Source: Gemmatimonadota bacterium (GTDB taxonomy: Bacteria; Gemmatimonadota; Gemmatimonadetes; Longimicrobiales; Gaopeijiaceae). Taken from it: a DNA stretch of 64,000 bases. The DNA lies in the NCBI GenBank assembly GCA_034521595.1, contig JAXHMG010000003.1, forward strand, positions 1,504,001 to 1,568,000, given 5' to 3'. How positions within the stretch are numbered: the stretch's first letter is position 1; each line of letters begins with the position of its first letter. Of the stretch, positions 52,314 through 62,472 are shown piece after piece. Under the pieces are notes generated by a model. That model was given only the letters and a program-made list of their open reading frames with translations. It did no database searches and had not been told where the DNA came from. The translations under genes were made by a program, and so were the position numbers.

Positions 52314-53162
52314 TCAGAGGAGGAGCTCGAGGCCCAAGACGAGCCCGCCCACGAGGACGAACAAGACTCCCAGGACCCGTTCCATCAGGGAGGACGGGAC
52401 GTGCTGCGCGACCTGGCTTCCGAGGGTGCTCCCCACCAGCACTCCGGGGACGCTCCACACCACCACGCCCCACGCGGATTCGGCCACCAAGGCGTGAATC
52501 GCGGCGCCGACCACCGCCGTGATGGCCAACGTGAATACGCTGGTGGCGATCGCCACGCGGGGAGGGATGCGACACCGAAGAATGAGCTGAGTGGTCGAGA
52601 TCTCGGGAAGTCCCGCGCTGATGAGCCCCGTGAGGCCGCCTCCGATCGCGGCCAAGAAGACACCCGGCAGCCGCGAGCACGTCGGATACTCGAACACGGT
52701 GCCGTCTCGCGCCCGGATCGTCGTCGTGCCTTTTCCACTGGCACGGCCGCGAAGGAGCGTGCCCTCTCGGGCACCGGGCTCACAATCCTCCGGTGCCGGT
52801 ACGAAGATCAGCAAGGTGGCCAGGATCATCAGCGCGACCCCGAAGATGATCTTCAGCGTCGAGTCCGGGACGCGGTGCGCGAGCGCGGCCCCGACCACCA
52901 CCGTCGGGATCGCTCCGATCAGGAGCGTGCGGGCCGTGGCGTAATCGACCAGTCGCTGACGCACATAGGACCGGAGCCCGTTGCCCATCCCGAACACCTC
53001 GGTCAGGAGGCCGGCGCCGATCGCTTGTGCCGGGGTGAGCCCCACGACGAGCATGAAGAACGGGCTGAAGAAGAGGGCGCCCGAGACGCCGGACCCGACC
53101 GCCACGGTCGAGAATCCGACGGCCGCGGGTAAGACCCACCACAAGCTCCAAACGGGTTCCAT
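52314..53162 (-). CDS. Sulfite exporter TauE/SafE family protein
   Basis: GVSGALFFSP, GLISAGLPE, AIATS; about 8 TM segments. Confidence 0.88.
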   Translation of the reverse strand: MEPVWSLWWVLPAAVGFSTVAVGSGVSGALFFSPFFMLVVGLTPAQAIGAGLLTEVFGMGNGLRSYVRQRLVDYATARTLLIGAIPTVVVGAALAHRVPDSTLKIIFGVALMILATLLIFVPAPEDCEPGAREGTLLRGRASGKGTTTIRARDGTVFEYPTCSRLPGVFLAAIGGGLTGLISAGLPEISTTQLILRCRIPPRVAIATSVFTLAITAVVGAAIHALVAESAWGVVVWSVPGVLVGSTLGSQVAQHVPSSLMERVLGVLFVLVGGLVLGLELLL

Positions 53163-53594
53163 GCTCTCCTCTTCCGAGGCGTGTGTCCCGGGCCCTCCGT
53201 CTCCAGCGAGCCATCCGAGGACCGAATAAGCCGACGATCCAGAGGGTTCCCGGGTCGGTGCTCGGTCCGTCGCCGCAGGCTAATGCCTGATCCGCGCCCG
53301 GAACCGCTCCCGGACGTCACCGGTTCGGACGTGCGTTCGGGCCGACTCGAACGCACGGGAAAAGCACCACACGGAACGGAACCACACATGAACCTCCTCT
53401 CGCGACTCAGGTGCGCGCTCTTCGGCAGCAGCGCGCAGGCTGCCCGACATTCGGCGACCTGGATGTAGTCTGGCGCGCCTCCCACACGGGAGGTTCGCGC
53501 GGGCGCGATCCTAGCCGAGCTTCAGAGCCTGGACGGCACCAGTCCTACCAGCGCTGGACAGCACCCACATCCCAATGACACCCACTGATCGACC

Positions 53595-54680
53595 TTGCTT
53601 GATACGCCCACGAGCCGCCGCGTCACTACGTGCCCGGACCCCCGACCTCGACGCCTTCCTCCTTCGCGCTCCGCTCGGCCCGCGATCGCCTTCAATGCTC
53701 TCATCTTGGTCGCCGCAGCGGTCGTACTATTGGCCGTTCCCGCTCCGTCCCGGGCGCAGAAGCCCGACGACACCTCATCCGGCACGGCGTTCGGCCTGCG
53801 CATCGACAACGACACACTCGCAGGGACCGACCGTTGCTATACCGGCGGCCTCACGCTCCACTGGGTGCAATCACCGGAAAGACCTGAGGCAGGCGGAATT
53901 CGGAACTTCCTCGCAGGGGGAGACCCTGACGCCGAAGCGGGTCTTCACATCACCCTCTCGCAGGCGATCTACACCCCGGACAACATCCGCCGAAGCGATG
54001 TCATTCCCGACGATCGACCCTACGCGGGACTCCTTATGCTCAGGGTGGCGGTCCCGGTGATTCGGGAAACACGTGCCGACCTTTACACCGTATCCGTCGG
54101 CGTCGCCGGGCCCGCGTCGGGAGCCGAGCAGACACAAACGTGGATCCACCGGGCGACCGGAAACGTGGACCCGGCAGGATGGCAACATCAGCTCGGTAAC
54201 GAACCCGTTGTCCAGCTACGATGGGACCGGCGCTGGCAAGGGCTCGCGTTGGGAGGGGGCGAAGGATTCGGAGTTCGGCTCACACCCCATGTCGATGTCG
54301 GGCTCGGCACGTTGTCGATGGATGCCGGGCTCGGGGGGACGGTACGCGCCGGCTGGAACGTGGCGCCGGATCCAGGGTGGCGAAGCATCCGTCCTGGTGG
54401 TGGTCGGGCGCCAGGGAGCCGGTCGGCGCGGCGCCTTCGAGTGGAGCTCCACGCGACGGTGGGCGGGCGTCTCGTAGCCAGGAACCTCCTTCTCGACGGC
54501 AACAACTTCCGCGACAGTCACAGTGTGGAGCGCAGCCCCGCCACCGCCGATGCCGTCTTCGGAGCCGAGGTCGGCCTCGGACGCGTCAACCTCCTGTACG
54601 AGCTCGTCTTCTGGACGCGTAAGTTCGAGACCGAGTCCCGGAACCAAGCGTATTCGTCGATCGCCTTGCGCTTGAACTGA
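53595..54680 (+). CDS. Lipid A deacylase LpxR (DUF2219) family outer-membrane protein (start uncertain)
   Basis: IDND...DRCYTGG, YTP...DRPYAG, GWQHQLGNE, LLDGN. Confidence 0.85.
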   Translation: MLDTPTSRRVTTCPDPRPRRLPPSRSARPAIAFNALILVAAAVVLLAVPAPSRAQKPDDTSSGTAFGLRIDNDTLAGTDRCYTGGLTLHWVQSPERPEAGGIRNFLAGGDPDAEAGLHITLSQAIYTPDNIRRSDVIPDDRPYAGLLMLRVAVPVIRETRADLYTVSVGVAGPASGAEQTQTWIHRATGNVDPAGWQHQLGNEPVVQLRWDRRWQGLALGGGEGFGVRLTPHVDVGLGTLSMDAGLGGTVRAGWNVAPDPGWRSIRPGGGRAPGSRSARRLRVELHATVGGRLVARNLLLDGNNFRDSHSVERSPATADAVFGAEVGLGRVNLLYELVFWTRKFETESRNQAYSSIALRLN

Positions 54681-54718
54681 GGACGTGGCAGCCGCCCTTG
54701 GGCTACCGAGCGAGCACC

Positions 54719-55807
54719 TCACCGCCCATCGTGGTCCAAGCATCCGGCGGTCCGGCCCCCTCGGGTGCCGTCATCACCCCGCGCGGATTTCACATGGGCC
54801 GAGAGCCACGTCACCAGAATCTCCAGAGCCGCATCCGAGAACACGTGGCGCGTCCGGCCCGGCACCACACATACCGTCCCATCCGCGGTCTCCGCAGACG
54901 CCAAGCCCTGCCGCACCACTTCGAGGTAGTCCTCCAGGCGCGTGTTCGGGTCTTCGGTGCCGATGAGCACGAGCGCGGGGGACCGGAGACGAGCCAGCGT
55001 GGATCCCGGATCGAACGCGAGCTTGTCGTGCCAGAAGCGGCTCGCGAAGAACCGCATCTGGCGCTCGTCCGCAGGGAAGGAAGCGTTCCTGGGCAGCTCC
55101 ACGCTCGAGCGCGCGCGAACGCCCTCGAGCCGAGACCGTCGCTCGTACGGTCCCTCCACGTTCAACGCCACATCGGCGATCTCCCGCACATATGCGTCCA
55201 ACGCTTCGATGTCCGACGGATCTGCGCCCTGACGCTCTGCGATCCAGCGCTGCTCCAGCCGGAACGCCTCGACGCCCGGATACGCGGGCGGTGCCATGAG
55301 GACCAGCGGGATCGCGCGTTCTGCGTCCACGGCGTGGAGCATCGCCGGGGGCGCGTTGTCGCCCTGGGCCACGAGGGCGAGCGCATCCGCGTCGATGACG
55401 GCGAGCGAGCTCAGATACGTGAAGGCGGCGGCGAGGTCCCTCGCCAGGTCGGAGAACGTCGCCCGCAGGAGCGGCTCGACCGCAGCGAAGCCACGGAGCT
55501 CCGGAGTCAGGACCGCGTACCCCTCGGCCACGAGTCGCTCGATAGCCGGATCCGTCCCGGCGACCGACGTCAGGACGACGGCCGGATGCGGTCCCTGCCC
55601 GGGCGGCACGGTGAGGCCCGCGGAGAGCTCGGTCCCGTCACGCGGGTTCACGTAGGACACGCGCTCCGTGTCGTAGTCGCCCGTGACCTGGGCCACGGCA
55701 GGCGCTGCGACGAGCGTGGCCCCGAAGGCGGTGAGCAGAGCCACGGAGCGCGTCCACCGGAACCGAGCGTTCGAGATCATCGTGGGTCGACGGTTGAAGG
55801 GGAACAT
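54719..55807 (-). CDS. Alpha/beta-hydrolase-fold exported protein, atypical nucleophile site
   Basis: LTVPPGQGPHPAVVL, ELRGF, LIGTEDP, GRTRHVF; VAQGDN in place of GxSxG. Confidence 0.7.
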   Translation of the reverse strand: MFPFNRRPTMISNARFRWTRSVALLTAFGATLVAAPAVAQVTGDYDTERVSYVNPRDGTELSAGLTVPPGQGPHPAVVLTSVAGTDPAIERLVAEGYAVLTPELRGFAAVEPLLRATFSDLARDLAAAFTYLSSLAVIDADALALVAQGDNAPPAMLHAVDAERAIPLVLMAPPAYPGVEAFRLEQRWIAERQGADPSDIEALDAYVREIADVALNVEGPYERRSRLEGVRARSSVELPRNASFPADERQMRFFASRFWHDKLAFDPGSTLARLRSPALVLIGTEDPNTRLEDYLEVVRQGLASAETADGTVCVVPGRTRHVFSDAALEILVTWLSAHVKSARGDDGTRGGRTAGCLDHDGR

Positions 55808-55943
55808 GACCCGTTCTCTCACCCGTTGACCACGCGCGTGGTTCCCTGCCGCTGGACGCACCGCCCGCCTCCGAGGATATTCCTCCCTTTTCGGACGACA
55901 ATCGTAACCACACGTCTTTTTCCACGATCTCCATACCCGGCAC

Positions 55944-57605
55944 ATGCCCAAACCCATACGAGTCTTCGGCCACCGCAACCCGGACGCCGACGCGATCTGT
56001 TCGGCGCTCGCGTACGCGGACTTCAAGAACCGCACCGGCGAGGGGGAGTATCTGCCCGCGCGATGCGGCAACTCGAACCCGCGGATCGACGCCGTGCTCG
56101 ATCACTTCGGAGTCGAGCTCCCGGCGTTCGTCGGTGACGTGACGCCACGGCTGCACGAGGTGATGGCCAGCGACCTGGTCACGGTGGGATCGGACGCGAC
56201 TTGCGCCGAGGCGTTGGAGCTCATCGAGCAGCGCGACATCCAGGTGCTTCCCGTCGTGGACGGGCGGGACCATCTCGAAGGACTCGTCTCCATCTTCCAC
56301 CTCGGACACTACTTCGTGCCGAGGCTCGGACGCGTGAGGGACATGCGGTGGGTCGACACCTCGATCGAGAGCGTCGTGCGGGCGCTTCACGCCGAGGTCC
56401 TCCATCTGGAGGACGGCGCCCGCGCCGAGCCGCTCTACGTGCGTGTCGGAGCCATGGATCTCGGCTCCTTCGAGACCTTCGCGACCGAGGACACGGCCGA
56501 CCTGCGGCGGACGGCGATCGTGGTCGGGGACCGCCGCAACATTCAGGAGCGCTCGATCGAGCTCGGCGTCCGGCTCCTCGTGATCTCGGGCGACCTCGAG
56601 GTCGCGCCGGAAGTCGTGGACGAAGCGCGACGGAAGGGTGTGAGCATCATCGTAAGCCCCTACGACTCGGCGACGACCGCGTGGACGATCCGCGCAGCGA
56701 CCCGTGTCGGCAAAGTGATGTCGAAGGAATACACCGCCTTCCGGCCCGACGAGGCCGTGGAGGCGGTGCGGCGCAAGACCGGAACGCTCGACCCCGCGGT
56801 CTTCATGGTGACGAACGACGGGGGACGGCTGCTCGGCGTCTTCACCCGCCGCGACATTCTGCGGCCCAGCGACACGAAGATCATTCTGGTCGACCACAAC
56901 GAGCTCAGCCAGGCGGTTCCGGGCGCGGACGAGGTCGACATCGTCGAGGTGGTGGACCACCACCGGCTCGGCGACCTCCGCACCCAGGACCCGATCCTGT
57001 TCCTGAACCGGCCGGTCGGCTCGACCTGCACGATCGTGGCCGACCTCTACCGGCAGGCGGAGCTCACCCCGACGCGGGAGATCGCCGGCGTGCTCATGGG
57101 CGGGCTGATCTCGGATACCCTGAACCTTCAGAGTCCGACGACGACCCAGACCGACGCGGACGTGCTCTCCTGGCTCGAGGAGATCGCCGGCATCACGGGA
57201 AGCGAGCTCGCCGACATCATCTTCTCCTCCGGATCGGTCGTGGCGAATCGCAGCGCCGAGGAGGTCATCGAGCTCGACCGGAAAGTGTACGAGGAAGGCG
57301 ACTTCCACTTCGCCATCTCCCAGGTCGAGGAGGTTAGCTTCGAGGAGTTCTGGGATCAGTGCCTGCCACTCTCGGAAGCGCTCGAGCAGAGCCGCACGCA
57401 AGAGGGCCTCGACTTCGCGGCGCTCCTCGTCACCGACGTGAAGAGCCAGGATTCCCTGCTCCTCGTCTCCGGAAGCCCGCTGTTGGTCGAAGCGATCACG
57501 TACACGCCCATCTACCCCGGCGAGATCTACAGTCTCCCGGGTGTCGTGAGCCGCAAGAAGCAACTCCTCCCCTTCCTGACGGGGACGCTACAGCGATTGG
57601 GCTGA
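55944..57605 (+). CDS. ppaC: Manganese-dependent inorganic pyrophosphatase (family II, CBS-DRTGG insert)
   Basis: GHRNPDADAI, LVDHNE, VDHHR, VGSTCT, SDTL, VVSRKKQ. Confidence 0.95.
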   Translation: MPKPIRVFGHRNPDADAICSALAYADFKNRTGEGEYLPARCGNSNPRIDAVLDHFGVELPAFVGDVTPRLHEVMASDLVTVGSDATCAEALELIEQRDIQVLPVVDGRDHLEGLVSIFHLGHYFVPRLGRVRDMRWVDTSIESVVRALHAEVLHLEDGARAEPLYVRVGAMDLGSFETFATEDTADLRRTAIVVGDRRNIQERSIELGVRLLVISGDLEVAPEVVDEARRKGVSIIVSPYDSATTAWTIRAATRVGKVMSKEYTAFRPDEAVEAVRRKTGTLDPAVFMVTNDGGRLLGVFTRRDILRPSDTKIILVDHNELSQAVPGADEVDIVEVVDHHRLGDLRTQDPILFLNRPVGSTCTIVADLYRQAELTPTREIAGVLMGGLISDTLNLQSPTTTQTDADVLSWLEEIAGITGSELADIIFSSGSVVANRSAEEVIELDRKVYEEGDFHFAISQVEEVSFEEFWDQCLPLSEALEQSRTQEGLDFAALLVTDVKSQDSLLLVSGSPLLVEAITYTPIYPGEIYSLPGVVSRKKQLLPFLTGTLQRLG

Positions 57606-57643
57606 GGGAACCGGGCGCGGCCTCGCGCGCTACCGGACGCAGG

Positions 57644-59941
57644 TCATTCAGTCGCCCCCGCCCGGGCTTCGCCTGGTTCGTTCCCGGACGCCGCCAGCAC
57701 CGCGGCGTAAAACCGGACCACCTCTTCGGCGAACGGCTCGATGCCGTGCTCCTCGGCGAACGACTGCGCGTTGCGGGCGAGCTCCCGGCGGAGCGCGTCG
57801 TCGCCGAGAACCTCCTCGACCCTCGCGATCCACTGGCCTATGTCTTCCCGGGTCTTGAAACCGTTGAAACCGTCGTGGACCAGGTCGTCGATACCACTCG
57901 AGCGCACCACGACGACGGGTAGGCCGGCGGCCATGGCTTCGAGCACGACCATGCCCTGCGTCTCCGTCGTCGACGCGAAGAGAAACACGTCGCCGAGCGC
58001 GTAGTACCGCGGCATCTCCTCGGACGGAACGGCGCCGGGCATGAGCACCACGTCCTCGAGCCCGAGCTCCGCGATACGAGCCTGCAAGCGTGCGCGATCG
58101 GGACCGTCACCGATGAGCACGAACCGGAAGCGAGCGCCCCGTCGTGCGAGGTCACCCACGGCCTCGATCAGAAAATCGATGTTCTTCTCTCGGCTCACGC
58201 GCGATGCGCTCACGAGAACCGGCTCGTCGTCGAGATCCAGCCGACGCCGCAGCGCGTCCACCGCCTCGGCATCCACGTCGCGGAACGCCCGGTGCTCGAT
58301 GCCCGTGGGCTGAACGAGGATCCGGGTCGTGACCCCCAGGGTCCGGAGGTACTCGCGAGCCGACGGGGTGGGTACCACGACCCCCGAGCAGCGGTTGGCG
58401 AACCGCTTGATCAGGTAGTGCGATATGAGGTTCTTGAAGAGGCGACCCGGCACGGGCACGAAGTGGGCGTAGTGCTCGAAGCGCGTGTGGTACGTGTAGA
58501 CCGCCGGCACGCCCAGGCGGCGGGCCAACCAGAGTCCGAGCGAGCCCACCCAGAAGGGATGGTGCACGTGGACCACGTCGGGCCTGAACGACTTCACCTC
58601 GCGAAACACGCGCGGCGAGAAGATGTTCGCCAATCGGAAATCGGAACCCTTTCCGAAGGCCACCGACGGGAGCCGGAGGACGCTCTCCTCGTCCGACGCG
58701 TCCGCTCCACCCTGCCCCGGCGCCACGACCAGCACCTCGTGACCGAGCGCGGCGAGCCCCCGGCGCAACCGCTCGATGGAGATCGGCACCCCCCCGATGA
58801 ACGGCAGGTAGTTGTTCGTGAACATCGCGACCCGGAGGGGGCGTCCGAGGAATGCGTCCGGATCGACGTCGAACGAGGGGTAGTAGTCCTTCTCTTCGAA
58901 GACGAGCCGGTGCAGCTTGACCGCCACGAACACGAGCGCGGAGAGGAGGAGCAGGAAGTTCAGGTACCCCACGAAGAAGAGCGAGTGGACGAACAACCAC
59001 AGGCTCTCGAGCGTCCGGGCGACCGGATGCTGGCCGACATCCAGACGCCGCGCCTGGATCGACAAATCATCCTCCGATACGGTCACCATGGTGAAGTGGT
59101 GAAAGCTCGCCTCGTCGGCGACCACCAGACCGCCGGCACCGCCGGTGGTGACGAACCGAGTGCCGTTCCACTCGTGGTGGTCGAAAAGTGGAAGCCCGCT
59201 CGCGAACACCGCATCCACGTCGTGGCGCTCGACGAGCTCGAGCAGTCCACTCCGGAAGGACGGGGGGGCGAGGTAGTCTTCTTCGTCGACGAACACGGGC
59301 TCCCGTGCCGGACGCCGCAGAGGGCGGCCCGTGAAGAGGAAAGTGCGCTCGGCTTCCTCTCGGGCAAGCTCTTCCTCCAGCCACCGGAGCTGCCACTCCG
59401 GCGAGGTCTCGCCGGCTCCGTCCAGAAACAGGAAACGCGTGTCCCCCGCTGTGAACGCGAAGAAGTAGGGCCCGAACTGGCGATAGAAGCGGAAGGCGCC
59501 GAACCTGCTGGCCTCGTTCTCCGCGAACGTCAGCAGATACGGTACCTCGAGGCGGTCGAGCGTGCCCCGCAGCGCACGGTACTTGTCCTCACCTCCGTCA
59601 CTGACGGCGTTTCCGGCCGAAACGACGAACTCCGCGCCGGAAGCGTTGAGCATGGGAACGATGCGCCGCTCGAACACCCCGATCGAGTTGTTCGCGTTGC
59701 CGACCACCGCGAACCGGAAGGTATCGGCTTCGGCGACGCGCTCCTGGATCGTCTCCACGTGATCGGCATGGACGGATTCGAGCTCCACGTCGAAGAAGTC
59801 GAGGTGCAGCCGGTAACCCACGACGACGACCAGGATCACCAGGCTGAGGTGTTGGATGGCCCGCGACCACCGGCGTCTCGACACTGGAGCGGTCCGGCTA
59901 GGAATGCGCGCCGCGCGAGGCGGCGGCGGGGTCCGAAACAT
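57644..59941 (-). CDS. GT4 glycosyltransferase fused to a degenerate metallophosphoesterase domain
   Basis: FTNNYLPFIGGV, HVHHPF, ETQGMVVLEAMAAGLP; N-terminal calcineurin-like fold followed by a TM helix. Confidence 0.9.
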   Translation of the reverse strand: MFRTPPPPRAARIPSRTAPVSRRRWSRAIQHLSLVILVVVVGYRLHLDFFDVELESVHADHVETIQERVAEADTFRFAVVGNANNSIGVFERRIVPMLNASGAEFVVSAGNAVSDGGEDKYRALRGTLDRLEVPYLLTFAENEASRFGAFRFYRQFGPYFFAFTAGDTRFLFLDGAGETSPEWQLRWLEEELAREEAERTFLFTGRPLRRPAREPVFVDEEDYLAPPSFRSGLLELVERHDVDAVFASGLPLFDHHEWNGTRFVTTGGAGGLVVADEASFHHFTMVTVSEDDLSIQARRLDVGQHPVARTLESLWLFVHSLFFVGYLNFLLLLSALVFVAVKLHRLVFEEKDYYPSFDVDPDAFLGRPLRVAMFTNNYLPFIGGVPISIERLRRGLAALGHEVLVVAPGQGGADASDEESVLRLPSVAFGKGSDFRLANIFSPRVFREVKSFRPDVVHVHHPFWVGSLGLWLARRLGVPAVYTYHTRFEHYAHFVPVPGRLFKNLISHYLIKRFANRCSGVVVPTPSAREYLRTLGVTTRILVQPTGIEHRAFRDVDAEAVDALRRRLDLDDEPVLVSASRVSREKNIDFLIEAVGDLARRGARFRFVLIGDGPDRARLQARIAELGLEDVVLMPGAVPSEEMPRYYALGDVFLFASTTETQGMVVLEAMAAGLPVVVVRSSGIDDLVHDGFNGFKTREDIGQWIARVEEVLGDDALRRELARNAQSFAEEHGIEPFAEEVVRFYAAVLAASGNEPGEARAGATE

Positions 59942-62264
59942 CGACGCGGACCCTGGACGCGCCCGGATCGCACGAAACGTGTCGATACCCGGGCAGGCGG
60001 ACCTCCATCACCGGCGGCGTCTCGCGCCACGCACCGCTCCACTCCACGAGCGCGCCGCCTTCCTCGCCGCCCACCCGTACCGTCACGGGTCCGTACGGCG
60101 TCGGTGTAGGACCGAACTCCGTCTCCTCTCCGGCCCGAATCCAGTCGCCGGGAATGCCCGAGGCCAGAATCAACCGGTCCTGCTCTTCACGGACGAACCA
60201 GTTCCGGATCATGAGCACCCATTCGGCGGCCGCCCAGATGTGCTGCCCGTCCCCCATGCATCCCCCTCCCGTACGGGGGTGCACCGCCTCCGGCCACTGG
60301 CCGGTACCCGACGCGAGCTCGGCGACGGTGCGGACGAGCGTTTCCTGCCGCGGGTCGTCGGCACGAAGGAGAACCTGGGCGAGGTGCAAGGTCAGGTAGG
60401 CGTTGAGGCCCGAATGCATCATGTCCTGAAAGAACGCGCCCGCGACCGTGTGATGTTCGAGGAGATGCTCGACCGTCGCCAGCAACCGTTCGTCCCGTGC
60501 GCCCCACAGCCCGAGCGGATACCCCGCGCAGAGCGATCCGACGGCTCCAGCGTCCATGCGGCGATACGGGGACGCGGGAATCGCCCCACCTCGGCGGTGA
60601 CCCACGCTCACGTCGACACTCCGGTCCACGGCCGCGAGGAGATCGTCCGCTTCGCGCTCCCACCGGTCCGCCGCCTGCTCGCCTTCCCCTACGTCGCGCA
60701 GGAGGCGGGCGGCCGAGCGCAGTCCCGCGGCGCACCAGAAGTCGTCCCAGTAAAAGTAGTCGTTCGGTCCCAGGTGCTCGGCGCTGAAGCCCGCGGGAAG
60801 AAGGCCGGCGTGGGGGGCGTCGAGGTTCGCATCGAGACGCTTCTTCGCGACCCACCCGGCCGCCTTCGCCACCGTATCCATGCATCCCTCCGGCAACGGC
60901 TCACCACTCAGCCTCCGGTACCGATCCATGGCCCACAGAGCGGCTCCATTCGCATCCCACTCCCCTTCCTGCGAGCGAAAATACCCGGAGCCGTCCTGCC
61001 GGTCCGGGTATCGCGACAGAGCATCGCGGGCCCGTCCCACGAGCCCCGCCGAACAGAGCGCGTCGACGATGAACGCCGCGTCCCGAAACCAGAAACGCTT
61101 GTACGTATAGGGTCCGGGGTACACGTCGCCCGGCGCGTGCAGAACGAGGCTCCGCACGGCCGCGTCGTACAACGTCCGGAAGCGCGGCTCCGGGGTCGCG
61201 AGGCGGGCGGTGTCCTCCAACGCGACGCGCCACGCCTCCGCACCGGCGGCTCGGCCCGGGTCGGCCGATCCGTCACGATCGGTCCGGACGACCCCTGCGG
61301 GGGGGCCGGACACGTCCGCTCCCGGCTCGGAGCGAGATCCGGCCGTCAGGGAAACCCGCGCCGACACCTCCGCCCTGCCGTGCTCATCCAGCCGAAAGAG
61401 CGCTGCGGCGGTCGCGAGGCCCGAGGAGCACGACACCTCGTCCCTTTCGTCTGTTTCCGCGCGGACGGCCCACAATACGTCACCCGAACGGTACTCGGAC
61501 ATGTGCACCCGGTCCGGTACGGGGCTGAAGCGCACGTCGTGCTCTCCGTTCACCCGCAACGCGGCCGGCTCCGGGCGCGTCACCTCGTCGATGCACGACA
61601 CGCCCTCCGGATTCGCAGGCCGCAGCGCCAGCGCGAGCCATCCCGGTCCCTTCCCGGTGGCCCGCACGGTGACGCGAACGGACGGGCCCTCGTCCCAGAC
61701 GACCTCGACGTCCTCGACCAGTGATCCCGCGGCAGCACGGACCCGTGTTTCCACGTGCGGTCCGGAGCCGGTCGGGCCCTCTGGCCCGACCTCGAGATCC
61801 TGCACGGCAACGTCGGCACGCGAAGGGAGGAGTGGCGGGCCTTCGTCGGGAAGAAGCCAGGCATCGAGGGACCAGTCGTCGTACAGGGGCGTGACCAGAC
61901 CCCGCGGATCCACGACCGGGTGGCGGTCGACGTCCGGCAGACCCACCGCCGTCCAGTTGCGGTGGGTCAGGTTCACGTGGGTGAGTGAGAACGCCCTGGG
62001 GATGAACGCCTCGCTCCCGGCGTCGTACTGTTGCTCGACCCAATACGGCCAGACCCAATCGAGGTTGTACTGGATGACTCGAGCGTTCAGCAGCCCTCGC
62101 ACGTGGAAGAGGAAGCCGGCCCGCAGCAGCTCGATGGGCGCCGCCACTTCAGAAGGTTGGGCCAGCCGCTCGAGCCGCGCGAGGAGCGGGACCGGATCCA
62201 GAAACCCCGTCGCACGAGCCGTCTTGGACAGGACCCAGCGGAGCAGATGCCATCGGGTCCACAC
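59898..62264 (-). CDS. Six-hairpin glycosidase-like protein
   Basis: FWFRDAAF, GEWDANG, YWDDFW, WPEAVHP, GDGQHIW. Confidence 0.75.
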   Translation of the reverse strand: MWTRWHLLRWVLSKTARATGFLDPVPLLARLERLAQPSEVAAPIELLRAGFLFHVRGLLNARVIQYNLDWVWPYWVEQQYDAGSEAFIPRAFSLTHVNLTHRNWTAVGLPDVDRHPVVDPRGLVTPLYDDWSLDAWLLPDEGPPLLPSRADVAVQDLEVGPEGPTGSGPHVETRVRAAAGSLVEDVEVVWDEGPSVRVTVRATGKGPGWLALALRPANPEGVSCIDEVTRPEPAALRVNGEHDVRFSPVPDRVHMSEYRSGDVLWAVRAETDERDEVSCSSGLATAAALFRLDEHGRAEVSARVSLTAGSRSEPGADVSGPPAGVVRTDRDGSADPGRAAGAEAWRVALEDTARLATPEPRFRTLYDAAVRSLVLHAPGDVYPGPYTYKRFWFRDAAFIVDALCSAGLVGRARDALSRYPDRQDGSGYFRSQEGEWDANGAALWAMDRYRRLSGEPLPEGCMDTVAKAAGWVAKKRLDANLDAPHAGLLPAGFSAEHLGPNDYFYWDDFWCAAGLRSAARLLRDVGEGEQAADRWEREADDLLAAVDRSVDVSVGHRRGGAIPASPYRRMDAGAVGSLCAGYPLGLWGARDERLLATVEHLLEHHTVAGAFFQDMMHSGLNAYLTLHLAQVLLRADDPRQETLVRTVAELASGTGQWPEAVHPRTGGGCMGDGQHIWAAAEWVLMIRNWFVREEQDRLILASGIPGDWIRAGEETEFGPTPTPYGPVTVRVGGEEGGALVEWSGAWRETPPVMEVRLPGYRHVSCDPGASRVRVDVSDPAAASRGAHS

Positions 62265-62472
62265 GCTCCCTTCACTCCTGTTCGGAGTCGTAGTCGCTCG
62301 AACGGCCTTCCGCGGACCCTCGTCTCGCGAAGCACGGACGCCCCCTATCGGCGGGGCGGAAGGACGAGCTTCAGGGAAGGCGACAGGACTGTTATAACCG
62401 TCGCGCCCCGTCGGGATCCGCTCGTGAGAGTCGCGGGCGGCCGCGCTCCGCACGGGTGGTCACGCCCTCCGG

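Noticed and set aside
53388-53468. 26-aa small ORF MNLLSRLRCALFGSSAQAARHSATWM
   Set aside because: No clear RBS or recognisable motif; cannot be supported from sequence alone.
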